Origin: Flavobacteriales bacterium
GTDB lineage: Bacteria > Bacteroidota > Bacteroidia > Flavobacteriales > UBA7312
Direction of reading: 5' to 3'
Assembly: GCA_965661345.1 (NCBI GenBank)
Contig: CBFIDK010000001.1
Location: 3,896 to 67,895 of the forward strand
Length of the DNA stretch: 64,000 nt
Shown here: one piece after another, positions 22,370 through 31,749 of the stretch
How the letters are laid out: every line of letters begins with the position of its first letter
Numbering within the stretch: the stretch's first letter is position 1
The notes under the pieces: generated by a model
The model's input: only the letters and a program-made list of their open reading frames with translations
Told to the model about the DNA's origin: nothing
Database searches by the model: none
Position numbers and translations under genes: made by a program

Positions 22370-22747
22370 ATGCAAAAATTAATTTTTATTCTACTGTTTG
22401 GATTTTTATCCACAAACATGATTGCTCAGACTACAACCTCTTCAAAATCTGATGATGTAAAAGTTGAGCAAACTGTTAAAAAATGTTCTTCTGACGAAGC
22501 AAAAAAATGTTCTTCAACTGAAGCAAAAAAATGCTGCAGCAAGGATGCTAAAGCAAGTGCAAGCAAATCTAAATCTTGTTGCAAAGGCGAAAAGGCTGCT
22601 AAATGCTCAAAAGAAGATGTAAAGGAAACTTCTGCTAAGAAATGTTCTAAAGGTGATGCTTGTTGTACAAAAACGGGCAAAAAAGTTGCCAATTGCGATA
22701 ACAAAAAACAAGGTTGTTGCAGTTCTAAACAGAACCCTACAAGATAA
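22370..22747 (+). CDS. Secreted small Cys/Lys-rich protein
   Basis: Signal peptide; 13 Cys including four CC pairs; KKCSS repeats; followed by a terminator. Confidence 0.8.
   Translation: MQKLIFILLFGFLSTNMIAQTTTSSKSDDVKVEQTVKKCSSDEAKKCSSTEAKKCCSKDAKASASKSKSCCKGEKAAKCSKEDVKETSAKKCSKGDACCTKTGKKVANCDNKKQGCCSSKQNPTR
22478..22537 (+). repeat. 24-nt tandem repeat (about 2.5 copies) encoding KKCSSxEA
   Basis: AAAAAATGTTCTTCTGACGAAGCA / AAAAAATGTTCTTCAACTGAAGCA / AAAAAATGCTGC. Confidence 0.75.
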
Positions 22748-22766
22748 ATAACTAGATTATCAAAGG

Positions 22767-22802
22767 AAACTCGAATGGGATATTACTATTCGAGTTTTTT
22801 TT
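22767..22802 (+). terminator. Intrinsic terminator
   Basis: AAACTCGAAT...ATTCGAGTTT stem plus T tract. Confidence 0.8.
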
Positions 22803-22828
22803 GTTTTTAACACTCAATAAAGTTCAAC

Positions 22829-24052
22829 ATGCAGCTCTATCACCATCAATTAGAAAATGGTATCCGTATTGTTCACAAAAAGACCAATAGGGCTGTTGCG
22901 CATTGCGGACTAATAATTATGGGTGGCTCTAGAGACGAAAGTGAAGACGAACAAGGTCTAGCGCACTTTATTGAACACGTCATATTTAAAGGCACTCAAA
23001 AAAGAAAAGCTTACCATATCCTTAGCAGAATGGAAGATGTTGGAGGAGAAATAAATGCCTTTACAACTAAAGAAGAAACATGCATCCATTCTTCATTCAT
23101 GCCAAAATTTTACGAGCGATCTTTGGAATTATTAAGTGATATTATCTTCAATTCTATTTTTCCAAAAAAAGAGTTAGAAAAAGAGAAAATCGTTGTCCTT
23201 GATGAAATCAATTACTACAAAGACAATCCTTCAGAATTAATTTTTGATGAGTTTGAGGAGCAAATGTTTGGAAATCATTCATTAGGAAAAAATATTTTGG
23301 GAACACCAAAACATTTAAAAACCTTCAGCAAAACAATGATTAACGATTTCATTCATAGAAATTACCTTACGCATGAAATGGTGATAAGCTCTGTTGGAAA
23401 TATAACAATGAGTAAATTGATTTCTTATGTAGAAAAACATTTTGCTCATATTCCTAAAAGTCAAACAAATAGAATTCAGATCCCTTTTACAAATTACCAA
23501 AAAAAGGACGTTTCAACCCAAAAGAAAGGCTTTCAATCACATTGCATAATTGGGAACGAAGCATATGGGGTTAAGCATCCAAAAAAAACACCTCTTACTC
23601 TTTTAAATAACATTCTTGGTGGACCTGGAATGAACTCAAGACTAAGTCTAGCTATCAGGGAAAAATATGGCTTTACCTACTCCATAGAATCAAACTATAC
23701 GGCATATAGTGACACAGGAATTTTCTCAATATATTTAGCTTCAGACACCGATAAAATAGATAAAAGTATTAAACTCACTAAAAGAGAACTCGCAAAATTA
23801 TGTGAAAAACCTCTTGGCACTTTACAACTCAAAAAAGCTAAACAACAATTGATTGGACAAATCGCAATTGGGCAAGAAAATGAAGTGAATTTGATGTTAT
23901 CTCTTGGAAAAAGTGTTTTACTTTACAATAAAGTTGATACTTTTGATATTCTAAAAGACAAGATTGAAGCCGTTAGTTCGGCACAAATATTAGAGGTTGC
24001 AAACGAAATTTTTAATGAAGATAAACTCTCACATCTGATTTATAAAGTATAA
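22829..24052 (+). CDS. M16B zinc peptidase (MPP-like)
   Basis: GLAHFIEHVIFKGT, INAFT, SRL...IREKYG. Confidence 0.92.
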   Translation: MQLYHHQLENGIRIVHKKTNRAVAHCGLIIMGGSRDESEDEQGLAHFIEHVIFKGTQKRKAYHILSRMEDVGGEINAFTTKEETCIHSSFMPKFYERSLELLSDIIFNSIFPKKELEKEKIVVLDEINYYKDNPSELIFDEFEEQMFGNHSLGKNILGTPKHLKTFSKTMINDFIHRNYLTHEMVISSVGNITMSKLISYVEKHFAHIPKSQTNRIQIPFTNYQKKDVSTQKKGFQSHCIIGNEAYGVKHPKKTPLTLLNNILGGPGMNSRLSLAIREKYGFTYSIESNYTAYSDTGIFSIYLASDTDKIDKSIKLTKRELAKLCEKPLGTLQLKKAKQQLIGQIAIGQENEVNLMLSLGKSVLLYNKVDTFDILKDKIEAVSSAQILEVANEIFNEDKLSHLIYKV

Positions 24053-24696
24053 TGGAATTTTTACCTAAAAATATTGATGACTACGCATGTAGTCATACCC
24101 AAAACGAAAGCCAAATTCTTTCAGAACTCAATAGAGAAACGTGGGCAAAAGTCCTAATACCAAGAATGTTATCTGGGCATTTACAAGGCAGAGCATTGAG
24201 TATGTTTAGTAAAATGATTCGTCCGAAATCAATTTTAGAAATCGGAACATATACTGGCTATTCTGCTATTTGTTTGGCAGAAGGTTTACAAAACAACGGC
24301 AAGCTATATACTATTGATATCAATGAGGAGCTTGAATCCATGTCTTCCTCTTATTTTAAAAAAGCAGGTATCGCAGACAAGGTTACACAATTTGTAGGCA
24401 ATGCTTTAGAGATTATTCCTACTATTAATGACCGTTTTGATTTAGTCTTTATTGATGCTGACAAAGAAAATTATTCTAACTATTTTGACATAGTTATCGA
24501 TAAAATGCCAGTAGGTGGATTTATCATTGCTGACAATGTACTTTGGAGCGGTAAAGTAGTAGAAAAAGTAAGTGATAATGATTCCGAAACAAAGGCCTTA
24601 ATAAATTACAACTCCAAAATTCATCAAAGTGAAAGAGTAGAAAATTTACTCTTACCAGTTAGAGATGGTTTAATGATATGTCAAAAAATAAAATGA
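24052..24696 (+). CDS. O-methyltransferase (CCoAOMT-like)
   Basis: LEIGTYTGYS, FIDADK, ADNVLWSG, RDGL. Confidence 0.9.
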   Translation: MEFLPKNIDDYACSHTQNESQILSELNRETWAKVLIPRMLSGHLQGRALSMFSKMIRPKSILEIGTYTGYSAICLAEGLQNNGKLYTIDINEELESMSSSYFKKAGIADKVTQFVGNALEIIPTINDRFDLVFIDADKENYSNYFDIVIDKMPVGGFIIADNVLWSGKVVEKVSDNDSETKALINYNSKIHQSERVENLLLPVRDGLMICQKIK

Positions 24697-25862
24697 GTAA
24701 AATTTCTTTCGACAACACAGAAATTGCATTCAAAGCAAAATCAACGTCCGATTTACAAAAATCCTATTGGTTGTTTAAATTAGTTGGCAATAATTTTTTA
24801 GTAAAATTGGGGCCCGCACTTTTGAATATTTCGTTTTTCCTTCGACTACCTATTAAATCTTTAATCAAAAGCACCATATTCGAACAGTTTTGTGGAGGTG
24901 AATCAATTAAAGATTGTGAAAAGCGAATTCAATCTCTTGCCAGATATAATGTCAATACTATCCTTGATTATTCAGTGGAAGGCAGTAGTAGTAAAGAGAA
25001 CTTTGATTTAACTGCTAGTGAAATTATTAGAACGATTGAACGGGCTAAGGATGATGAGAATATCCCCTTTGCTGTATTTAAAACATCAGGACTCGCTAGA
25101 ATAGAGTTGTTAGAAAAAATAAGTACTAACAGTACTTTAAATGAAAAAGAAAAAATAGAATTTGAGCTTTTAAAAGATCGAGTAAAACTTATTTGTCAAA
25201 AGGCATACGATTTAGAAGTTCGAATTTTTATTGATGCTGAAGAAAGTTGGATTCAAAACGCTATTGACGATTTAGCAACATCAATGATGAGAATTTACAA
25301 TACAGAAAAAGCCATAGTTTACAATACACTTCAAATGTACAGATGGGATAGGATAGCATTCTTAAAACAATCTTACGCCGATGCTGAAAATGGAAATTAC
25401 TATTTAGGTTTGAAGATTGTGAGGGGTGCATATATGGAAAAAGAACGCGAAAGAGCTGCCGAATTGGGCTACTCCTCTCCCATTCAAAAAGATAAAGAAA
25501 GTTGTGATAAAGACTATGATTTGGCTTTAGCGTACTGCATAAATCACATTGATAAAATTGCCATTTGTGCTGGAACTCATAACGAAAAAAGCTCTCTAAA
25601 ACTGATAGATTTGATGAGAGAAAACAATATTTTAAAAGATGATAATAGAGTATATTTTTCTCAGCTTTTGGGCATGAGTGACCATATCAGTTTTAACTTA
25701 GCAAATGAAGGTTATAATGTGGTAAAATATATGCCCTATGGACCTGTAAAACTAGTTATGCCATACCTCATTAGAAGAGCTCAAGAGAACACCTCTATTT
25801 CTGGACAAACAGGAAGAGAACTGAGTTTAATTATCAAAGAAAGAAACAGACGGGCTATCTAA
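24678..25862 (+). CDS. Monofunctional proline dehydrogenase
   Basis: QFCGGE, IDAEE, KIVRGAYM, GTHN, QLLGM, PYLIRRAQEN. Confidence 0.93.
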   Translation: MSKNKMSKISFDNTEIAFKAKSTSDLQKSYWLFKLVGNNFLVKLGPALLNISFFLRLPIKSLIKSTIFEQFCGGESIKDCEKRIQSLARYNVNTILDYSVEGSSSKENFDLTASEIIRTIERAKDDENIPFAVFKTSGLARIELLEKISTNSTLNEKEKIEFELLKDRVKLICQKAYDLEVRIFIDAEESWIQNAIDDLATSMMRIYNTEKAIVYNTLQMYRWDRIAFLKQSYADAENGNYYLGLKIVRGAYMEKERERAAELGYSSPIQKDKESCDKDYDLALAYCINHIDKIAICAGTHNEKSSLKLIDLMRENNILKDDNRVYFSQLLGMSDHISFNLANEGYNVVKYMPYGPVKLVMPYLIRRAQENTSISGQTGRELSLIIKERNRRAI

Positions 25863-26239
25863 TCACAATTGCAAGTATCTTCTCCTAATGAAAAGTTTTT
25901 GAGCTTTACCTTATCCTCGCAAAGTTCAAAAAAGGCCTTAATTTCTTCCTTTTCTACTAGGTAAAGTTTACAGGGTTTAGCGTCTTTTTCACTGAGTTCA
26001 AAATTAACTTCTCCCCCTTCTAAAACGTCAAGCACTTCATCTTGATTAACATCTAAACATTCCATTAAACATTGTGCTTCGTTGCTAATATAGATAGTAT
26101 CTTGTTTGAGATGATAAATTACTCTATAGTCTAAGCTGAAGTACTGGGTATATTCTGTGAATCTACCGGGAAAAGCATAGCGTATAAACAAAACCCCAAG
26201 TAAAACACCGAAAAAAAAGATTCCAAAACGTCTAAACAT
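25859..26239 (-). CDS. Hypothetical membrane-anchored protein (DUF4258-like)
   Basis: N-terminal TM, CxxxC, GEVNF..S, terminal CNC. Confidence 0.65.
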   Translation of the reverse strand: MFRRFGIFFFGVLLGVLFIRYAFPGRFTEYTQYFSLDYRVIYHLKQDTIYISNEAQCLMECLDVNQDEVLDVLEGGEVNFELSEKDAKPCKLYLVEKEEIKAFFELCEDKVKLKNFSLGEDTCNCD

Positions 26240-27444
26240 TATATGCTAGCTATTATTAAATTAATCTCTTTAAAATTTAAGTCGAACCATCGACCAACCA
26301 TTTTATTTGTTAAGATTCCTTTATATACAAACACCCCTTGGCGTAAGCCCACATCTGAAGAAATAACATTGTCCAAACCGCCGAAATCACCTATTCTTAA
26401 AATAATGGGAGTAAGCAAATTACTTAAAGAATAGGACGCTGTTCTAGCAACTCTTGACGGAATATTCGGAACGCAATAATGAATCACACCATACTTTGTA
26501 AAAGTTGGTTTAGAATGGTTTGTTATTTCAGACGTTTCGAAACAACCTCCTTGGTCAATACTCACATCAATAATTACTGAACCCTCTTTCATTTCACTAA
26601 CCATTTGATCAGTTACTACACAGGGCGTTCTTTTACTACCTGATCTTAAGGCACCGATTACAACATCAGCACGTTTTAACGCTTTTGTTAAAACTTTTGG
26701 CTGAATTATAGACGTAAATACGCGAGTGTTTAAATCGTTTTGTAGCCTTCTCAATTTTGACAATGAGTTATCAAAAACCTTAACTGAGGCTCCAAGTCCC
26801 ATTGCAGAGCGTGCAGCAAATTCTCCAACTGTACCCGCACCAATTATTACTACTTCTGTAGGCGTAACTCCAGCAATTCCGCCAAGTAATAAGCCTTTAC
26901 CACTGTTTACATTACTTAAACATTCGGAAGCAATAAGTATAGATGTATTTCCTGCTATTTCACTCATTGAACGAATCAAAGGCATCATTCCTGAATCATC
27001 TTGAATAAACTCATATGCCAAACAAGTAATCTTTTTTTCAATTAATCGATTTATAAACTCTTTAGTTCTGGTCGTAATTTGTAAAGCTGAAATTATGGTT
27101 TGCCTGCCTTTCATCAGCTCGATTTCTTCTAATGTAGGGGGTTCAACTTTTAATATAATATCCGCTTGATAAATTTCCTTTGTATCAAAAATTATTTTTG
27201 CTCCTGCTTCACTATATTCAGTATCGGAAAAATTAGCACCTTCACCAGCTGTTGATTCAATTAAAACCTCATGGCCATAACTAACTAATAATTGAACGGC
27301 ATCTGGTACAATGGCAATTCGACTTTCTTGAAAAGCAATTTCTTTAGGTACTCCAATGAACAGACTTTTGGACTGTTTTTTCACCTCTAATTTTTCTTCT
27401 TGTGGCAAGAGACCGCCACTGCCTAATGATGAAATATTAGTCAT
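26239..27444 (-). CDS. Alanine dehydrogenase-like protein (AlaDH/PNT family)
   Basis: IGVPKE, MSEIAG, GAGTVG Rossmann motif, DVSIDQGGC, HYCVPNIP; active-site substitutions described in findings. Confidence 0.85.
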   Translation of the reverse strand: MTNISSLGSGGLLPQEEKLEVKKQSKSLFIGVPKEIAFQESRIAIVPDAVQLLVSYGHEVLIESTAGEGANFSDTEYSEAGAKIIFDTKEIYQADIILKVEPPTLEEIELMKGRQTIISALQITTRTKEFINRLIEKKITCLAYEFIQDDSGMMPLIRSMSEIAGNTSILIASECLSNVNSGKGLLLGGIAGVTPTEVVIIGAGTVGEFAARSAMGLGASVKVFDNSLSKLRRLQNDLNTRVFTSIIQPKVLTKALKRADVVIGALRSGSKRTPCVVTDQMVSEMKEGSVIIDVSIDQGGCFETSEITNHSKPTFTKYGVIHYCVPNIPSRVARTASYSLSNLLTPIILRIGDFGGLDNVISSDVGLRQGVFVYKGILTNKMVGRWFDLNFKEINLIIASI

Positions 27445-27853
27445 TTAATGATAGTTTAATAATTCTTTTTTCGTCTTCTACTTCAATATAAATACTGTTA
27501 AAATCAGATGGTAATAGGTCTCCAATCACAGTTGGCCATTCAACGAAACAATAAGATGAATCGTTAAAGTATGTTTCTAATCCTATATCAATTGCCTCTT
27601 GCCTATTGTTTAAACGGTAAAAATCAAAATGATATACCGACTGATTTGATTCACTAATATACTCATTTACAATTGAAAATGTCGGACTTTTTACCACATC
27701 TATAACATTGAGTGCTTTACAAATGGATTTAATAAGGGTTGTTTTGCCAGCACCCATTTCGGCATAAAAGGCAATTTTTCTAGATGAAGTTTTTGAAAGA
27801 ATTTCTCTACTTATATTGTCTAAATCTGCAATTTTTTCACAAATCCATTTCAT
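27437..27853 (-). CDS. tsaE: t6A biosynthesis ATPase
   Basis: MGAGKTT, SPTFSIVNEY, HFDFYR, VEW. Confidence 0.95.
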   Translation of the reverse strand: MKWICEKIADLDNISREILSKTSSRKIAFYAEMGAGKTTLIKSICKALNVIDVVKSPTFSIVNEYISESNQSVYHFDFYRLNNRQEAIDIGLETYFNDSSYCFVEWPTVIGDLLPSDFNSIYIEVEDEKRIIKLSLND

Positions 27854-27857
27854 TTTC

Positions 27858-29420
27858 CTACTTCGCTGATAATGTTACGATTGGTATAATCATTTCTTCT
27901 AATGAAACCCCTCCGTGCTGAAAGGTTTCTTTGTAGTGATTTACGTAATAATTAAAATTATTAGGGTATGCAAAGAAATAATCCTCTCGAGCAAAAATAT
28001 ATTTACTACTCATATTCACTACTGGCAAAAATACATCTTTAGGCGTATTAATTTCAAATACTTCTTTTGAATTATACTTCATATTTCTACCCAACTTGTA
28101 TCGTAAATTCGTAGTAAGGTCTTTTTCGCCTACAACTTTTGTCGGCTTCTTTACTAGTACTGTTCCATGATCTGTTGTTACTACTACTTTTGAATTATTT
28201 TTTGCAATGAATGCAAACATATCTTTCAAAGGGGAGTATTCGAACCATGAGGTAGTTAAAGACCTGTAAGCAGCATTGCCTTCTGCAAGTTCTTTAATTA
28301 CTTTCATATCCGTTCTGGCATGGGAAAGCATATCAACAAAATTATATACAATAACATTTAGATGGTTATTCATCAAGTTTTGCATGTTATCCACTAACTT
28401 TCTGCCAGCATCTATATTTGTAATTTTATTGTACGAAACTTTTAAGTGTCCTTTGCCTAAACGTCGCAACTGAGCTTCTAAAAACTCTTTTTCAAATAAA
28501 TTTTTACCGCCTTCATCCGTATCATTTTTCCACCAGTCATTGTGTTGTTGCTCCATTTGTAAAGGCATCAAGCCTGAAAAAATAGCATTTCTTGAATATT
28601 GAGTTGCTGTTGGCAGTATACTAAAATACAGAGAGTCATTATCGGTTCTAAAATCATTCATCAGACTTGGCTGAATCATCTTCCACTGATCGTATCTTAA
28701 ATTATCAATTACAATAAAGAAAGTTGATTTATCTTCTTTGAGTTGAGGCAAGACGGAATGTTTAAAAATCTGATGAGACATCAGTGGGGCATCTTTTGGT
28801 GATGAAAACCATGATTCATAATTTGACTTAATAAACTTAAAAAACTGGGCATTTGCTTCTGACTTTTGCATTTCTAAAATTTGCTTCATGCTATCATCAC
28901 CTGATTTTTCAAGCTCCAATTCCCAAAAGGTAATTTTTCTGAACAACTCTTCCCATTCGTCAATAGATAAATTTCCGCCGAGCTTTATGCCAATGTCTCT
29001 AAATTCTTTTTGATAATCTGCATTTGTTTTTTTTGAAACAAGTCGTTCACTATCGATATGCTTCTTAATCGACAATAAAATTTGATTAGGGTTTACTGGC
29101 TTGATTAAATAATCAGAAATTTTTGAGCCTATTGCCTCTTCCATAATGCTTTCCTCTTCACTTTTTGTAATCATTATTACGGCAAGGTTTGGACGTTTAT
29201 TTTTAATTTCTAATAATGTTTCAAGCCCTGAAAGTCCTGGCATATTTTCATCAAGAAAGACTAAATCAAAATGATTTTCATCCAATAACTCAATGGCTGA
29301 AACGCCGTTATTTGCAGTTTCAATACGATATCCCTTTTCTTCTAAAAACATAATGTGTGGTCTTAAAAGATCAATTTCGTCATCCACCCACAAAATGGTT
29401 ATCTTATCATTAAAATTCAT
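27858..29420 (-). CDS. porX: Response regulator with PglZ/alkaline-phosphatase-like domain (PorX)
   Basis: Receiver WVDDE/LDENMP/IKP; IDNLRYDQW, LPTATQYSRN, TDHG, FQHGG. Confidence 0.92.
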   Translation of the reverse strand: MNFNDKITILWVDDEIDLLRPHIMFLEEKGYRIETANNGVSAIELLDENHFDLVFLDENMPGLSGLETLLEIKNKRPNLAVIMITKSEEESIMEEAIGSKISDYLIKPVNPNQILLSIKKHIDSERLVSKKTNADYQKEFRDIGIKLGGNLSIDEWEELFRKITFWELELEKSGDDSMKQILEMQKSEANAQFFKFIKSNYESWFSSPKDAPLMSHQIFKHSVLPQLKEDKSTFFIVIDNLRYDQWKMIQPSLMNDFRTDNDSLYFSILPTATQYSRNAIFSGLMPLQMEQQHNDWWKNDTDEGGKNLFEKEFLEAQLRRLGKGHLKVSYNKITNIDAGRKLVDNMQNLMNNHLNVIVYNFVDMLSHARTDMKVIKELAEGNAAYRSLTTSWFEYSPLKDMFAFIAKNNSKVVVTTDHGTVLVKKPTKVVGEKDLTTNLRYKLGRNMKYNSKEVFEINTPKDVFLPVVNMSSKYIFAREDYFFAYPNNFNYYVNHYKETFQHGGVSLEEMIIPIVTLSAK

Positions 29421-29467
29421 ATCTTCAACGAGTTTTATAAAGGATTAAAATTACAGTTATTTTTTAA

Positions 29468-30700
29468 ATGAGTAAGTCATCAAAAATCATTAACGACCCA
29501 TTGTATGGTTTTATTAGCTTGAAGGGTGGAATTATTTTAAACCTAATAGAACATCCTTATTTCCAAAGGCTACGAAGAATTTCACAACTAGGTCTCACGA
29601 ATATGGTTTACCCTGGGGCAAATCATACAAGATTTCACCATGCATTGGGAGCAATGCACCTCATGGAGAAGGCCATTCAAGTTTTAAAATTTAAAGGCGT
29701 AGAAATTTCAGATGAAGAAGCTGAAGCAACAAAAATTGCAATTCTTCTACACGATATGGGTCATGGCCCTTTTTCTCATGCCCTTGAAAACAGTATTGCT
29801 GAAAACATATCTCATGAAGAATTATCACTTATTTTCATGGAAAAGTTAAACCTTGAGTTTAATGGAAAATTATCTTTAGCAATTAGTATTTTCAAAAATC
29901 AATACCCTAAAACATTTTTACACCAATTGGTTTCTAGCCAACTAGATATGGATAGGCTCGATTACCTCAACAGAGACAGTTTTTATTCTGGCGTGCAAGA
30001 GGGAATAATTGGAACTGAACGCATCATTAATATGTTAAATGTTTTTGAAGGAAATATTGTAGTTGAAAGTAAAGGCATATATTCCGTTGAAAAATTCCTG
30101 ATAGCAAGGAGATTAATGTACTGGCAAGTATATTTTCATAAAACTGTAGTTTGTGCAGAGCAAATTCTCATAAAAGTTCTTCAGAGAGCAAAAGAATTAA
30201 GCCGTAACAACATAGACTTATTTTCTAGCTCATCTCTGAAAATATTTTTGAATAAGAAAATCACAACTACAGATTTAACAAACAATGCAGCAGCCTTTGA
30301 GTCTTTTACAAAACTTGACGACTACGACATATATTCTGCTCTGAAAGAATGGCAATATCATCCTGATAAAATTCTATCACTACTTTCTAAGTCAATTGTA
30401 AATAGAACATTATTTGAAGTGATGCTAAAAGATAAGCCCTTAAATAACTCTAAACTTTTAAATCTTAGAAAAAATATATCTGAAAAGTATTCGTTGGATG
30501 AAGTAGAAATTAACTATTTATTTATTAGTGGCGAAATTACGAACAGCACTTATATGTTAAATGATTCAGAAATTAACATTCTATACAAAGACAAACGTGT
30601 GGCTGACCTGATATCATCAGCAGACAAATCCACCATTTCAGCGCTAACAAAAAACGTTAAAAAATATTTTTATTGTCTTCCAAAAGACTTGTATTTTTAA
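29468..30700 (+). CDS. HD-domain phosphohydrolase (dNTPase-like)
   Basis: FQRLRRISQLG, HTRFHH, LLHDMGHGPFSH, DMDRLDY. Confidence 0.9.
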   Translation: MSKSSKIINDPLYGFISLKGGIILNLIEHPYFQRLRRISQLGLTNMVYPGANHTRFHHALGAMHLMEKAIQVLKFKGVEISDEEAEATKIAILLHDMGHGPFSHALENSIAENISHEELSLIFMEKLNLEFNGKLSLAISIFKNQYPKTFLHQLVSSQLDMDRLDYLNRDSFYSGVQEGIIGTERIINMLNVFEGNIVVESKGIYSVEKFLIARRLMYWQVYFHKTVVCAEQILIKVLQRAKELSRNNIDLFSSSSLKIFLNKKITTTDLTNNAAAFESFTKLDDYDIYSALKEWQYHPDKILSLLSKSIVNRTLFEVMLKDKPLNNSKLLNLRKNISEKYSLDEVEINYLFISGEITNSTYMLNDSEINILYKDKRVADLISSADKSTISALTKNVKKYFYCLPKDLYF

Positions 30701-30714
30701 AATAGATTTACATC

Positions 30715-31746
30715 ATGAAATTCACAGTAAGGGAAATTGCTGAAATAATAAATGGGAAAGTTATTGGTGATGAACATATTAGCATTACCTCTTTTTCAAA
30801 GATTGAAAGTGGCAAAAAAGGGAGCTTAAGTTTTTTAGCTAATTCTAAATACAATCATTTTCTAACATCTACTCAAGCTAGTGCCGTTATAATAGGTTTA
30901 GACTACACTTTTACTGACACTACTTCAACAACATTAATTCAAGTAAAAGACCCTTACCAAAGCTTTGCGCTTATTCTCAACGAGTTCAGTAAAGACCAAC
31001 ATTCAGAAGTAGGCATACACAATTCATCAGTAGTTGAAGAAGGCGTTACAATTGGAAAAGACACTTATATTGGACCCAACGTTCAAATAGGAAAAGACTC
31101 AACTATTGGTAATGGCGTAAAAATTTATGCAAATTGTAGCCTTAGTAATAATATCAAAATTGGAGATAATACGATTATTTACTCTGGAGTAAATATTAAT
31201 TCATTTTGTGAAATTGGCAGCAATTGCATTATCCAATCTGGCGTAATTATCGGCTGTGACGGCTTTGGATTTGCCCAAAATAATGATAACGCTTACACCA
31301 AAGTTGCTCAAATAGGGAATGTAATCATTGAAGACAATGTTGAAATTGGAGCAAACACTACAATTGACAGAGCAACATTAGGCTCTACAATAATTCACTC
31401 AGGAGTAAAATTAGATAATCTGATTCAGGTTGCACACAACGTAGAAATTGGAAAAAACACGGTAATTGCTGCTCAATCAGGTATTGCTGGCTCTACTAAA
31501 ATTGGTGAAAACTGCATGATTGGCGGACAAGTGGGTATAGTTGGACATCTAGAGATTGGCAACAATGTAAAAATAGCTGCTCAATCAGGAATATCCTCAA
31601 ATATTAAAGACAATGAAATTGTTCAAGGCTCGCCCGCCTTTTCCATTTCAGACTATAAAAGATCATACGTTTACTTCAAAAAACTTCCACAGTTAAATGC
31701 CTTGTTAACTAAAATTGAAAAAGAACTAAATAAACTAGTCAATTAA
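30715..31746 (+). CDS. lpxD: UDP-3-O-acylglucosamine N-acyltransferase
   Basis: Hexapeptide repeats, DGFGF, DNLIQVAHNV. Confidence 0.96.
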   Translation: MKFTVREIAEIINGKVIGDEHISITSFSKIESGKKGSLSFLANSKYNHFLTSTQASAVIIGLDYTFTDTTSTTLIQVKDPYQSFALILNEFSKDQHSEVGIHNSSVVEEGVTIGKDTYIGPNVQIGKDSTIGNGVKIYANCSLSNNIKIGDNTIIYSGVNINSFCEIGSNCIIQSGVIIGCDGFGFAQNNDNAYTKVAQIGNVIIEDNVEIGANTTIDRATLGSTIIHSGVKLDNLIQVAHNVEIGKNTVIAAQSGIAGSTKIGENCMIGGQVGIVGHLEIGNNVKIAAQSGISSNIKDNEIVQGSPAFSISDYKRSYVYFKKLPQLNALLTKIEKELNKLVN

Positions 31747-31749
31747 TAA

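Noticed and set aside
22406-22414. Perfect DnaA box TTATCCACA
   Set aside because: It is a single copy inside a coding region with no cluster, so it is not evidence for oriC.
27858-30700. PglZ-domain gene beside an HD nucleotidase as a possible BREX or anti-phage system
   Set aside because: The receiver-PglZ architecture is PorX, and the porX/HD/lpxD arrangement is ordinary Bacteroidota core synteny; no brx genes are present.
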